Assembly (NCBI GenBank): GCA_964344385.1
Contig: CAYFNG010000002.1
Location: 193,476 to 257,475 of the forward strand
Source: an uncultured Sneathiellales bacterium
Lineage (GTDB): Bacteria > Pseudomonadota > Alphaproteobacteria > CAYFNG01
Reading direction: 5' to 3'
Length of the DNA: 64,000 nt
Below the pieces are notes generated by a model. The model did not search any database. It saw nothing but the letters and a program-made list of their open reading frames with translations, and had not been told where the DNA came from. Below are positions 38,427 through 48,341 of the stretch, one piece after another. Every line of letters begins with the position of its first letter. Positions within the stretch are counted from its first letter, which is position 1. Position numbers and translations under genes: made by a program.

Positions 38427-40649
38427 CTAATTCTTGGCTGGCTTGGCCGCGCCGCCGCCGTAGATCGACGGCCGGCTGGCCACGCCCTGCGGTCCGTCCG
38501 GGTCCGCCGGTCGTGGCACATAGTGGTCGGGTGCCGGCCCGCCTTGCGCCTGCCGGGCCGCCGCCTGGGCGGGTGTTTCCAGGTCGGCCGCCGCGGCCAG
38601 GGCCGCCTTGCGGTCGACGGCTTGCGGCCGCAGGTCGTTGGGTACCGGCATGGCGTCGGCGTGGTAATAGGCCATCTTCTGCTTGGCCGGGTCGATCCTG
38701 TGGTCCAGGTTCAGTTCGCGGCGGTTGACGCCCTTGACCGGTTCGACGCAGACGCCATCGACGACCTCCAGGTCGAACCACCATTTCTTGGCGGCGTTGA
38801 TCCGCCCTTTTCCCAGCTTGTCGTCCAACCGGACCGCCAGCGGCACCAGCAGCGGCTTCAGCCAGCGGGCATTGATGCCGCACCATGACGCCAGCCGCTC
38901 CAGGATCGGCCCGTCGGCGGTGACCACCTTGTTCAGAGGGCAGGTCTTCATGCACCGCCCGCAGGCCGAGCCGCGGGCATTGGTCAGGCGATAGCGGGCG
39001 CAGCGCTCGACGTCGGGCTTCCACATCTCATAGCCGTTGAACATCACCTTATCCCCCCACGGGATGGCGTCGCAGGGGCACTCCCGGGCGCATTTCCAAC
39101 AATGCTCGCAGAAATATTGGAGGCCGAAATCGATCGGCCGGTCAGGTTCCAGCGGCAGGTCGGTGGTCACCACAACGGTCTTCAGGCGCGGCCCGACAAA
39201 CGGGTTCAGGACCAGTTCGCCGATCCGCGACAGCTCGCCCAACCCGGCCCACAGGACCAGCGGGATATGCAGCAGGTCGCTGTCGACATTGGTTTGCGAA
39301 CGGGCCGGAAAGCCCTCGCGGCGCAGGGTCTCGGCCATCACCCCGGCGATTTCGGCGCCGCGCAGATAGGCCCGCATCGACTGGCTGCCCGATATCCAGT
39401 CGTCGCCCGAGGCCCCCTCCATGGTCTCGAACTCCTGGTCGATCAGCATCACCACCGCGTATTTGTGGTAGGGCGTGATCGGCTGTCCGTCGGCGCCGTG
39501 GCTGAACCAGGCATAGCGGGGGATCTCGCAGATCCCGGTCAAATTGGCGCCCAGCAGGTAGGACAGCGATTTCAGCGCCCTCGCGTTGGCGGCGGGGTCG
39601 GCGAAGCGCTTGCGGTCGCACTCCGCCGCCGCCTCGCCGCCCTGCAGCGGCACCATCGCCCGCATCGATGCCATCATGCCCGAGGTATGGGGCTGCTTGA
39701 AGGCGAAGCGGTTCCGCTCTTTCAGCGCCTTGTCGCCGAGATCGCCGCGCAGGGCGCGCTCGAAGAACGCCGCACGCTTCGATACCCGTGGCACCTCGTC
39801 ATCCAGGATCAGCGTGGTCGGTCGCTCCACCCGCTTCACCGTCTCCATCGGATAGTCGCCCAAATGGGTGGCCCGGGCCGCCCGCCGGTTGCGCTCGCCG
39901 CCCGAGGTAGCGCCGTTCTGGCCCAGCCAATAGCCAAAGCCCCGCGATTTCAGGGCCGCCTTGGCCAGCGGCCGGTCGACGGCCAGGTCATAGTCGGTCG
40001 ACACGGCGGCGATCGAGAAACCCCGGTCCAGATATGGGTTCCTTAAGGCATCGCCATCACGCACCGCCAATCCGGCCAGCACCGCCAGACGGTCGAGGTC
40101 CAGTGCGCCGGCGCCCATGACATGGGGATGGGCGGCAAAGCCGAGCTGCAGGATGTGGCCGCTGAGGCAAACCGCGATGCCGCCGATCCGTGCGTCCGCC
40201 GCTTCCGCCAGGGCAGGCGCGATCCAGTCGCGGGCCGGGTTGCCGGCCTCAGGCACCCGGCCATGTTCCAGCAGCAGGACCACGGCATAAGGGTGGTCGG
40301 GGATCTCGGCGCCCTTGGCCCAGGCGTTCTCCGGGATGCGGCAGATCCCGACCTGGGAGGCGTTCATGAAATAGGCATAGCCCTTGGCGTCGATCATCCG
40401 CCGTTCCGCATCGTCCGGCACCGGCGCCCGGGCCGGGGCGGGTTCGTGCAGGGCGGTGCGGACAAAGATATCGAGATAGTCCCTCAATGCAGCCGCGAGG
40501 TGGCCCTGCGCGGGTCCGTCATAGCCGGGTGCCGCGACGTGGGGCCGGGCCGCCTCGGCCGCGATGACGGCGTCGTCACGCGGCAGGGTTTCCAGGGGAA
40601 ACGGGCCGAAATGGTAGGGGCGGTGGTTAGCCTTGGTGCGAAACAGCAT
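38427..40649 (-). CDS. rdhA: Reductive dehalogenase homologue, cytoplasmic 'catabolic' RdhA type (cobalamin plus two [4Fe-4S]), NpRdhA/BhbA-like
   Basis: 740 aa, no Tat/Sec signal. C-terminal twin ferredoxin-like motifs FCEHCWKCARECPCDAIP (CxxCxxCxxxCP) and C...CGRCMKTCP. Size and architecture match long oxygen-tolerant catabolic RdhAs. QueG is excluded by size. Confidence 0.55.
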   Translation of the reverse strand: MLFRTKANHRPYHFGPFPLETLPRDDAVIAAEAARPHVAAPGYDGPAQGHLAAALRDYLDIFVRTALHEPAPARAPVPDDAERRMIDAKGYAYFMNASQVGICRIPENAWAKGAEIPDHPYAVVLLLEHGRVPEAGNPARDWIAPALAEAADARIGGIAVCLSGHILQLGFAAHPHVMGAGALDLDRLAVLAGLAVRDGDALRNPYLDRGFSIAAVSTDYDLAVDRPLAKAALKSRGFGYWLGQNGATSGGERNRRAARATHLGDYPMETVKRVERPTTLILDDEVPRVSKRAAFFERALRGDLGDKALKERNRFAFKQPHTSGMMASMRAMVPLQGGEAAAECDRKRFADPAANARALKSLSYLLGANLTGICEIPRYAWFSHGADGQPITPYHKYAVVMLIDQEFETMEGASGDDWISGSQSMRAYLRGAEIAGVMAETLRREGFPARSQTNVDSDLLHIPLVLWAGLGELSRIGELVLNPFVGPRLKTVVVTTDLPLEPDRPIDFGLQYFCEHCWKCARECPCDAIPWGDKVMFNGYEMWKPDVERCARYRLTNARGSACGRCMKTCPLNKVVTADGPILERLASWCGINARWLKPLLVPLAVRLDDKLGKGRINAAKKWWFDLEVVDGVCVEPVKGVNRRELNLDHRIDPAKQKMAYYHADAMPVPNDLRPQAVDRKAALAAAADLETPAQAAARQAQGGPAPDHYVPRPADPDGPQGVASRPSIYGGGAAKPAKN

Positions 40650-40813
40650 GATCCGTTTTGCCGGAAGAATAGGTTCAGACGCGTCTGTCCAGTCTCAGGC
40701 TGGAACGGATCGAGTGTTTCATCGGATTTTTCGGATGGCAAGTCCGGGCCGCTTCCGGCGGTGCGGACGCTACCTCCCTATAGCGGCCGCACCCGGCTTG
40801 CAGATGGTGGGGA

Positions 40814-41008
40814 TCAGGAGTCGGGAAACTGCGTGCCTTGGTAACCTTTCGCCGCACGGGTCATGGCGAATTCGTCGTATTGACGTGCCACTTCTTCAAT
40901 ATTACGGGCGATGTCATCAAGATCCGAGTTGATGTGATGGCAATCTGTCTTAATTGCTCTTATGAACTCGGCCGCAAGTTTTAAGTCGTTCATCCATGAA
41001 AACGGCAT
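40814..41008 (-). CDS. Small hypothetical protein (64 aa), low-GC, atypical codon usage
   Basis: Start MPFSWMNDLKLAAEF... with RBS GGAGG 7 nt upstream. ~48% GC against ~65% background, A/T-ending codons. Predicted all-helical, acidic. Confidence 0.45.
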   Translation of the reverse strand: MPFSWMNDLKLAAEFIRAIKTDCHHINSDLDDIARNIEEVARQYDEFAMTRAAKGYQGTQFPDS

Positions 41009-41109
41009 AGCGGGACCTCCGGTTTTCAAGACTATTGGCGCTTTGCGCTTTTCTATCCTGTCTCCCCAGCCCCTAACTTTACCTACTAGCCAATATGGTC
41101 TAGTGATGA

Positions 41110-41188
41110 TTAACAGGCGGTTAACAACCTTGCATGAACGTAAGAAACTATTTTCACGATCTCGTGAACAGGGTTAACCGGCGGTTAA
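41110..41188. promoter_or_regulatory. Operator cluster: two copies of TTAAC-N5-GTTAA 64 bp apart, flanking a perfect 16-bp palindrome TTCACGATCTCGTGAA
   Basis: Read directly: TTAACaggcgGTTAA at 41110-41124, TTCACGATCTCGTGAA at 41153-41168, TTAACcggcgGTTAA at 41174-41188. Lies 100-180 bp upstream of the small low-GC gene and rdhA (minus strand) and downstream of the CoA-transferase genes. Confidence 0.55.
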
Positions 41189-41329
41189 AGCTCTGTTCTG
41201 CCAGTGCTTGTTCCACACCCCTTCCTCCAGCGACCAGCCTTGGGCGGTCCTTTTTTGAGCGGTTCCCAGAGGGACCGGCGCGGAACAGGGACCAACAAAG
41301 GCATGTTGCACGCCTTATGCGCCGCGAAG

Positions 41330-42091
41330 TCAGCTGCGCCAAAAACCTTCCTTGTCAATCTGGTGCAGGGCCGCCAGTTCCTCGACGCCGGGCACCGGGG
41401 TTTCGCCGAAATCCGGCAACGTCTTCAGGTCCCAGCCGGTGTTTTCGAGGACTTCCTCCAGCGTGTGCCCGGGATGCACAGCGGCCAGGTGCAGCTCATT
41501 GTCCGGCCCGTATGGCCTCAGGACCGCCCGGTCGGTGATCACCGCGGCCGGGCCGCCGCCTTCCAGACCGGCTTCCTTGCGCGCGTTGCCGCCGCTCAGG
41601 AAACCCGGCGAAGTTACAAAATCGACCTTTTCCACCAGGCGATGCTTCTGGTGGTTCATGATGATGATCAGCCGTTCGGCCATGGCGGCGATGTCGGGGG
41701 CGCCGCCGGAACCCGGCAGCTTGACGGTCGGTTCGGCGATATCGCCGATATAGGAGGTGTTGATGTTGCCGTAACGGTCGATCTCCGCCCCGCCGATGAA
41801 GCCGGCGTGGATACGGCCGCCCGACAGCAGTCCCATGATCTGGATCAGGCCGGTGGTCCAGGCGGCGCCCAGTTGGTTGGGGCCGTCGCACATGGTGTAC
41901 AGCATGCCGTCGGCCGGCTGGTAGCGGGCGACGCCGCTTTCGAACAGGCCGACCGCGTTGGGAGCATGGGTCAGGCGGGCAACGCCGAAGGCGGTGATCG
42001 GCAGCCGCATACCAACGAAGATGCGCTCGCCGTCCTTGATCTCGCGGGCGGCGGCAATGATCATCAGTTCCTGGGTCGAATAGTCGGACAT
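41330..42091 (-). CDS. CoA-transferase subunit B (3-oxoacid / glutaconate CoA-transferase family)
   Basis: 253 aa. Family I CoA-transferase beta-subunit motifs (GMRLPITAF...; SGGAPD; ESGVAR with the catalytic Glu region). Confidence 0.85.
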   Translation of the reverse strand: MSDYSTQELMIIAAAREIKDGERIFVGMRLPITAFGVARLTHAPNAVGLFESGVARYQPADGMLYTMCDGPNQLGAAWTTGLIQIMGLLSGGRIHAGFIGGAEIDRYGNINTSYIGDIAEPTVKLPGSGGAPDIAAMAERLIIIMNHQKHRLVEKVDFVTSPGFLSGGNARKEAGLEGGGPAAVITDRAVLRPYGPDNELHLAAVHPGHTLEEVLENTGWDLKTLPDFGETPVPGVEELAALHQIDKEGFWRS

Positions 42092-42098
42092 CGCCGCC

Positions 42099-43082
42099 TC
42101 ACTCCGTCGCGTAATTAGCCGGGGCCGAGGGCACGTCGCCGAGGATCCGCAAATCCTCCAACTGGCCCCCCAGCTTGGTGCGATAGGCCTCGTGGTCGGG
42201 CAGGTCGCGCACCCATTCGTCGCACCAGCGGTCGAACTCGCGGGGGTCGCGGGTTTCCTTGTGATAGTGGTGGAAGAAGGCGTTGTCCCGCTTCCAGCGG
42301 CCGATCAACGGCGCCGGGTGGCAGGCGGCCGGGATATGACAGACCGCGTTGACCCCGAAGCCTGGGATCAGGACCCGGCTGGGGTCCGAGGCGATGACCT
42401 CCGGTTCGACGATTTCGTCGGCCAGGACGACGATCTTCTCGGCCGCGATCGAGGCCTCCTGGGTCAGACCGGTCGATCCCCAGATGTGGGAATTGCCGAA
42501 CCGGTCGGCCCGCTGCACCACCAGGAAGGCGATGTCGGGTTTCAGGGCCGGGACCAGCGCCACCGGCTCATGGGCTTCCGAGAACGGGTTCTCGGCCAGC
42601 CGGATGCGCGGGTTCGACTTGATGATGTCGGATCCCAGGATGGTTTTGACCGGTACATAGGGCAGGCCGTAGGCGCCGGCGAAAAACGCCATACCGATCG
42701 AGAAGTTGGAATAGTCGTAGATGGTGATCGGGTTGGGTTCGCCCTTCTCGGCGGCGCGGCGGAAATTGTGCCCCATGCCGCCGGAGACGTTGCCGACCCA
42801 GGCGCCGGTCACCTCGGAGACGCAACCGGCGCCGATCAGCATGTCGGTCGAAATGTCGGAAATCGGCGCGATGAGGTTCAGGTTCCGCCGTTCCTGCCGG
42901 ATCAGTTCATGGGTCGCGGCAAACGGGATGGCGTTTTCCAGCGCCGCCCCCAATACGATGCTGGAGCCGTCCGGCACCAGTTCCCGGATCGCGTCAGCGA
43001 TCGAACAAAGCTTGTCGCCGTTAATGGTCCGTCCCTCCCGTCTCTTGCGGCCAATCGCCCGGCCGGCCGCGATACCTAGCAA
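42099..43082 (-). CDS. CoA-transferase subunit A
   Basis: Homology begins near ...INGDKLCSIADAIRELVPDGSSIVLGAALENAIPFAATHELIRQ. No in-frame ATG or GTG in the expected region. Candidates are the TTG at 43082 or an ATT at ~43034 that follows a GGGAGGGA RBS. The long N-terminal extension in the ORF track (to 43382) is rejected because it overlaps the DUF2784 gene. Confidence 0.7.
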   Translation of the reverse strand: MLGIAAGRAIGRKRREGRTINGDKLCSIADAIRELVPDGSSIVLGAALENAIPFAATHELIRQERRNLNLIAPISDISTDMLIGAGCVSEVTGAWVGNVSGGMGHNFRRAAEKGEPNPITIYDYSNFSIGMAFFAGAYGLPYVPVKTILGSDIIKSNPRIRLAENPFSEAHEPVALVPALKPDIAFLVVQRADRFGNSHIWGSTGLTQEASIAAEKIVVLADEIVEPEVIASDPSRVLIPGFGVNAVCHIPAACHPAPLIGRWKRDNAFFHHYHKETRDPREFDRWCDEWVRDLPDHEAYRTKLGGQLEDLRILGDVPSAPANYATE

Positions 43083-43123
43083 ATCACGCCGGCCGGGACA
43101 ATCAATTCGCGGTATCGCGGTGT

Positions 43124-43555
43124 TCAGCCATTGGCGGTATTGCAGCCGATCGGGAAATAGAGCAACAGGGCGGCCGCCACGACCGTGGCAAAGAATCCGA
43201 TCGTCGACAGGCGGTCGACCCGTTCGGCGTTCGAATTCAATCCGGTGATCCGGTCGGTCAGGTACTTCATGTAGCCGCCGCCAGGCGGCGGCTTGCCGCG
43301 CCGCTCGCGCAGGCGCCATTGCAGGTCGGTGATCACGCAGTAGCCACCGGGTTTGCCCAGCAGCAGGCCTAGCCCGTACCACGACGCCAGCACGGTTGCG
43401 GCGAGGGCCAGGTGCCAGATCCTTGTGGCGCAGAACAGCCAGCCGACTGCGATGAACAGGATCAAGGCCAGGTGCACAATGTGCAGCAACAGGTTGGCGG
43501 CTTCCTCGGCAATCCGCTGGGTCAGGGGTGGGGTGGGTCGTAACGGTTCGGGCAT
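43124..43555 (-). CDS. DUF2784-family small membrane protein (paralog of 22042-22431)
   Basis: 143 aa. Shares a conserved H..H.A.ILF...G......W.HL..A.W...G..C.ITDL/TYLE pattern with the other copy. Confidence 0.5.
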   Translation of the reverse strand: MPEPLRPTPPLTQRIAEEAANLLLHIVHLALILFIAVGWLFCATRIWHLALAATVLASWYGLGLLLGKPGGYCVITDLQWRLRERRGKPPPGGGYMKYLTDRITGLNSNAERVDRLSTIGFFATVVAAALLLYFPIGCNTANG

Positions 43556-43563
43556 CGGCTACT

Positions 43564-45396
<1,833 letters not shown>

Positions 45397-45407
45397 GGCC
45401 CCTCCGG

Positions 45408-46028
45408 TCAGGGCATGCGCAACAGGAACAGGCCCTGTTCGCTGAGCAGATTGGCAAACGGGACGGCGCCGGCGATGCCGCCGGAATGGCCGTTGCGGGT
45501 CAGCGCGATGCGACGCTCGATCACCGCGCCGACCTCGGCACACAGGTCGACAAAGTCGCGGATGGTGCAGAAATGGATGTTTTCGGTTTCGTACCAGGGC
45601 GTGGGCAGGGTCTTGGTCATCGGCATGCGGCCGCGGGCCAGCAGGTGCCAGCGCACCCGCCAATAGCCGAAATTGGGAAACGACACGATCGCGCGGTTGC
45701 CGATCCGCAACATTTCGCCAAGCACGATGCGCGGGTTGTGGGTCGCCTGCAGGGTTTGGCTCAGGATTACGAAATCGAAGGCGCCGCTGGGATAGTCGAC
45801 CAGGTCCTTGTCGGCGTCCCCCTGGACCACCGAGAGGCCCCTTGCGACGCAGGCGTTGACCCCGCTTTGGCTCAGCTCGATGCCGCGGCCGTCGACGTCC
45901 TTCTCGCGTGCCAGATGGGTCAGCAACGCCCCGTCGCTGCAGCCGATGTCCAGGACCCGCGAGCCGGGTGCGACCATGTTGGCGACCAGCAATTGGTCGC
46001 GGCGGATGGTCGATCCATTCCCGCTCAC
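45408..46028 (-). CDS. metW: Methionine biosynthesis protein MetW
   Basis: 206 aa. SAM-MTase-like motif [12 protein letters not shown]. Translationally coupled (ATGA) to metX upstream. Confidence 0.85.
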   Translation of the reverse strand: MSGNGSTIRRDQLLVANMVAPGSRVLDIGCSDGALLTHLAREKDVDGRGIELSQSGVNACVARGLSVVQGDADKDLVDYPSGAFDFVILSQTLQATHNPRIVLGEMLRIGNRAIVSFPNFGYWRVRWHLLARGRMPMTKTLPTPWYETENIHFCTIRDFVDLCAEVGAVIERRIALTRNGHSGGIAGAVPFANLLSEQGLFLLRMP

Positions 46029-47209
46029 AGGCGCAGGCCCCGGTGTTCCGCCGCCCCGGCCAGGAAGCCGCGCAAGGTGGCATGAAACTCCGGTTCGTCC
46101 AGCAGGAAGGCGTCATGGCCGCGGTCGGTTTCGACCTCGACAAAGCTGACATTGGCGGCCGCCGCGTTCAAGGCGTGCACGATGGCCCGGTTTTCCGGGG
46201 TCGGGAACAGCCAGTCGCTGGTGAAGGAGACGACGCAGAAGCGGGTGCGAACCCCGTCGAAGGCGCGGGCCAGGGTGCCGCCATAGTCCGCCGCCAGGTC
46301 GAAATAGTCCATTGCCCGGGTGATATAGAGGTAGGAATTGGCGTCGAACCGGTCGACGAAGGTAATGCCCTGGTGGCGCAGATAGCTTTCGACCTGGAAA
46401 TCGGCATCGAAACCGTAGGACAGCGCGTCGCGATCCTGCAGATTGCGGGCGAACTTGCGATGCAAAGCCGGTTCCGACAGGTAGGTGATATGGGCCGCCA
46501 TGCGCGCCACCGCCAGTCCGGCCCGGGGCGCGGTGTCGTGGCTCAAATAGTCGCCGCCATGCCAGTTGGGATCCGCCATCACCGCCTGGCGGCCGACCTC
46601 GTGGAAGGCGATGTTCTGGGCCGAATGGCGGGCGGCACAGGCGATCGGCACCGCCGAGAATACCCGGTCGGGATAGCTGGCCGCCCATTGCAGCACCTGC
46701 ATGCCGCCCATCGATCCGCCAATCACGCAGAACAGCTGCTGAATGCCGAGATAGTCCAGCAGCATGGCCTGGGCGTTGACCATGTCGCGGACGGTTATCA
46801 CCGGAAAGTTCAGGCCCCAGGGTCGCCCCGTCGCCGGATCGATCTCCTTGGGGCCGGTCGAACCCTGGCAGCCGCCCAGGACGTTGGAACAGATCACGAA
46901 ATAGCGGTCGGTGTCGATCACCCGACCGGGTCCGACCAGCATCTCCCACCAGCCCGGCTTGGCGGTCACCGGGTGGCGGTTGGCGACGTGCTGGTCGCCG
47001 GTCAGGGCATGGCAGACCAGGACCGCGTTGGACCGGTCGGCGTTCAAAGTGCCGTAAGTCTGGTAGGCGATGGTGATCGGGCTTAGATCGATGCCGGAAT
47101 CGAGGCGGAGCGGCCGGTCGGCGCCCAGCGTCACTGCATGGCCGGGCGCCAGCGGTTCCGGCTGGCAGCGCCCGGCGACCTTGGCGCCCGGATGCAAATT
47201 CTGCGTCAT
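46025..47209 (-). CDS. metX: Homoserine O-acetyltransferase MetX
   Basis: 394 aa. a/b-hydrolase with GGSMGG nucleophile motif. Classic metX-metW pair. Confidence 0.9.
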   Translation of the reverse strand: MTQNLHPGAKVAGRCQPEPLAPGHAVTLGADRPLRLDSGIDLSPITIAYQTYGTLNADRSNAVLVCHALTGDQHVANRHPVTAKPGWWEMLVGPGRVIDTDRYFVICSNVLGGCQGSTGPKEIDPATGRPWGLNFPVITVRDMVNAQAMLLDYLGIQQLFCVIGGSMGGMQVLQWAASYPDRVFSAVPIACAARHSAQNIAFHEVGRQAVMADPNWHGGDYLSHDTAPRAGLAVARMAAHITYLSEPALHRKFARNLQDRDALSYGFDADFQVESYLRHQGITFVDRFDANSYLYITRAMDYFDLAADYGGTLARAFDGVRTRFCVVSFTSDWLFPTPENRAIVHALNAAAANVSFVEVETDRGHDAFLLDEPEFHATLRGFLAGAAEHRGLRL

Positions 47210-47408
47210 CGTCGCGACCGGTCCTTGTTTCAGCCCCGATTTGGTTTGGTTGTACGTGTTCTGCGGACCCTATCCACTAGGAGCCAGGGTTCGCCAAGTC
47301 AACGTTTTCTTTGCCTTTCTGCCGGTTCGCGCTTTACATTATCGGTTTGCTTGCTCGTGCACCTTGGTTCGTGCCGGACATCGCGTCACAACTGGTTTGA
47401 TTACGGGT

Positions 47409-48281
47409 ATGGTCGGTAGGTCCAACAATATCGAAAAAATCCGCAAGGCCATTGATGCCGTCGACGACGACATCCATGACCTTTTGATGCGCCGGGTCGA
47501 GTTGACCGAAAAAGCAGCGGCGGCTAATGGCGGGTCCGGCGGCAGCGGCGCAAGGCTGCAGGTACAGCCGGGCCGGGAGGCACAGCTCCTTCGGCGCTTG
47601 ATCGCGCGCCACGGCGGCAGTCTGCCGGCGGCGTCGGTCGCGCGCCTGTGGCGCGAACTGGTGGCCGCGATGCAAAGGCTGCAGGGCGAGTTCACGGTCG
47701 CCGTCTGCGCCCCGGTGAAATCGGTCGGCTATTGGGACCTGGCTCGCAACCATTTCGGTTCGGCGACGCCAATGAGCCTGCACCGTTCGCCGCAATTGGT
47801 GATCCACGCGGTGGCCGAACAGTCCGGCTGCATCGGGATCCTGCCGCTGCCGGAGGTCGACGAGGCCGATCCCTGGTGGCCGCTCCTGGCCAGCACCGGC
47901 GGCGAAGCCCCCAGCATCATTGCCCGGCTGCCGTTCCTGGACGACGGCACCGGCCGGTTCGAGGATTTGGGTGCCCTGGTCATCGCCTCCTGCCCGCCGG
48001 ACCCGTCCGGCGACGACCACTCGCTGCTGGCGTTGCTCGACGCCCAGGACATCAGCCGCGACCGGCTGCACCAGATCCTCGACGAGTCGGGCCTCTCGAC
48101 ATCCTATATCGCCGGCACCAACGGTGGCGGTCCTGCCGACGGGCGGCTGCATCTGGTCAAGGTTGAAGGATACGTCGCGGCTTCGGACCCGCGGCTCGAC
48201 GACCTGATGGCCCGCGCCGAGGGGGTGATCGCCCATATTCGGGTGCTGGGCAGCTATGCCCAACCGTGTCAATCGGCTTGA
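47409..48281 (+). CDS. Chorismate mutase family protein (AroQ-type N-terminal domain with C-terminal extension)
   Basis: Start MVGRSNNIEKIRKAIDAVDDDIHDLLMRRVELTEKAA (AroQ helix). First gene of a chorismate mutase-hisC-tyrC array typical of alphaproteobacteria. Confidence 0.7.
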   Translation: MVGRSNNIEKIRKAIDAVDDDIHDLLMRRVELTEKAAAANGGSGGSGARLQVQPGREAQLLRRLIARHGGSLPAASVARLWRELVAAMQRLQGEFTVAVCAPVKSVGYWDLARNHFGSATPMSLHRSPQLVIHAVAEQSGCIGILPLPEVDEADPWWPLLASTGGEAPSIIARLPFLDDGTGRFEDLGALVIASCPPDPSGDDHSLLALLDAQDISRDRLHQILDESGLSTSYIAGTNGGGPADGRLHLVKVEGYVAASDPRLDDLMARAEGVIAHIRVLGSYAQPCQSA

Positions 48282-48341
48282 CCCGGGGCGCCGCATTCAT
48301 TACCGATCGCTGTTCGCGAAACCACTGCATAGAGACAGACC

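Noticed and set aside
47210-47408. SAM-II riboswitch call in the metX leader
   Set aside because: I could not align the conserved SAM-II pseudoknot elements by eye. It is kept only as a low-interest check, not as an ncRNA feature.
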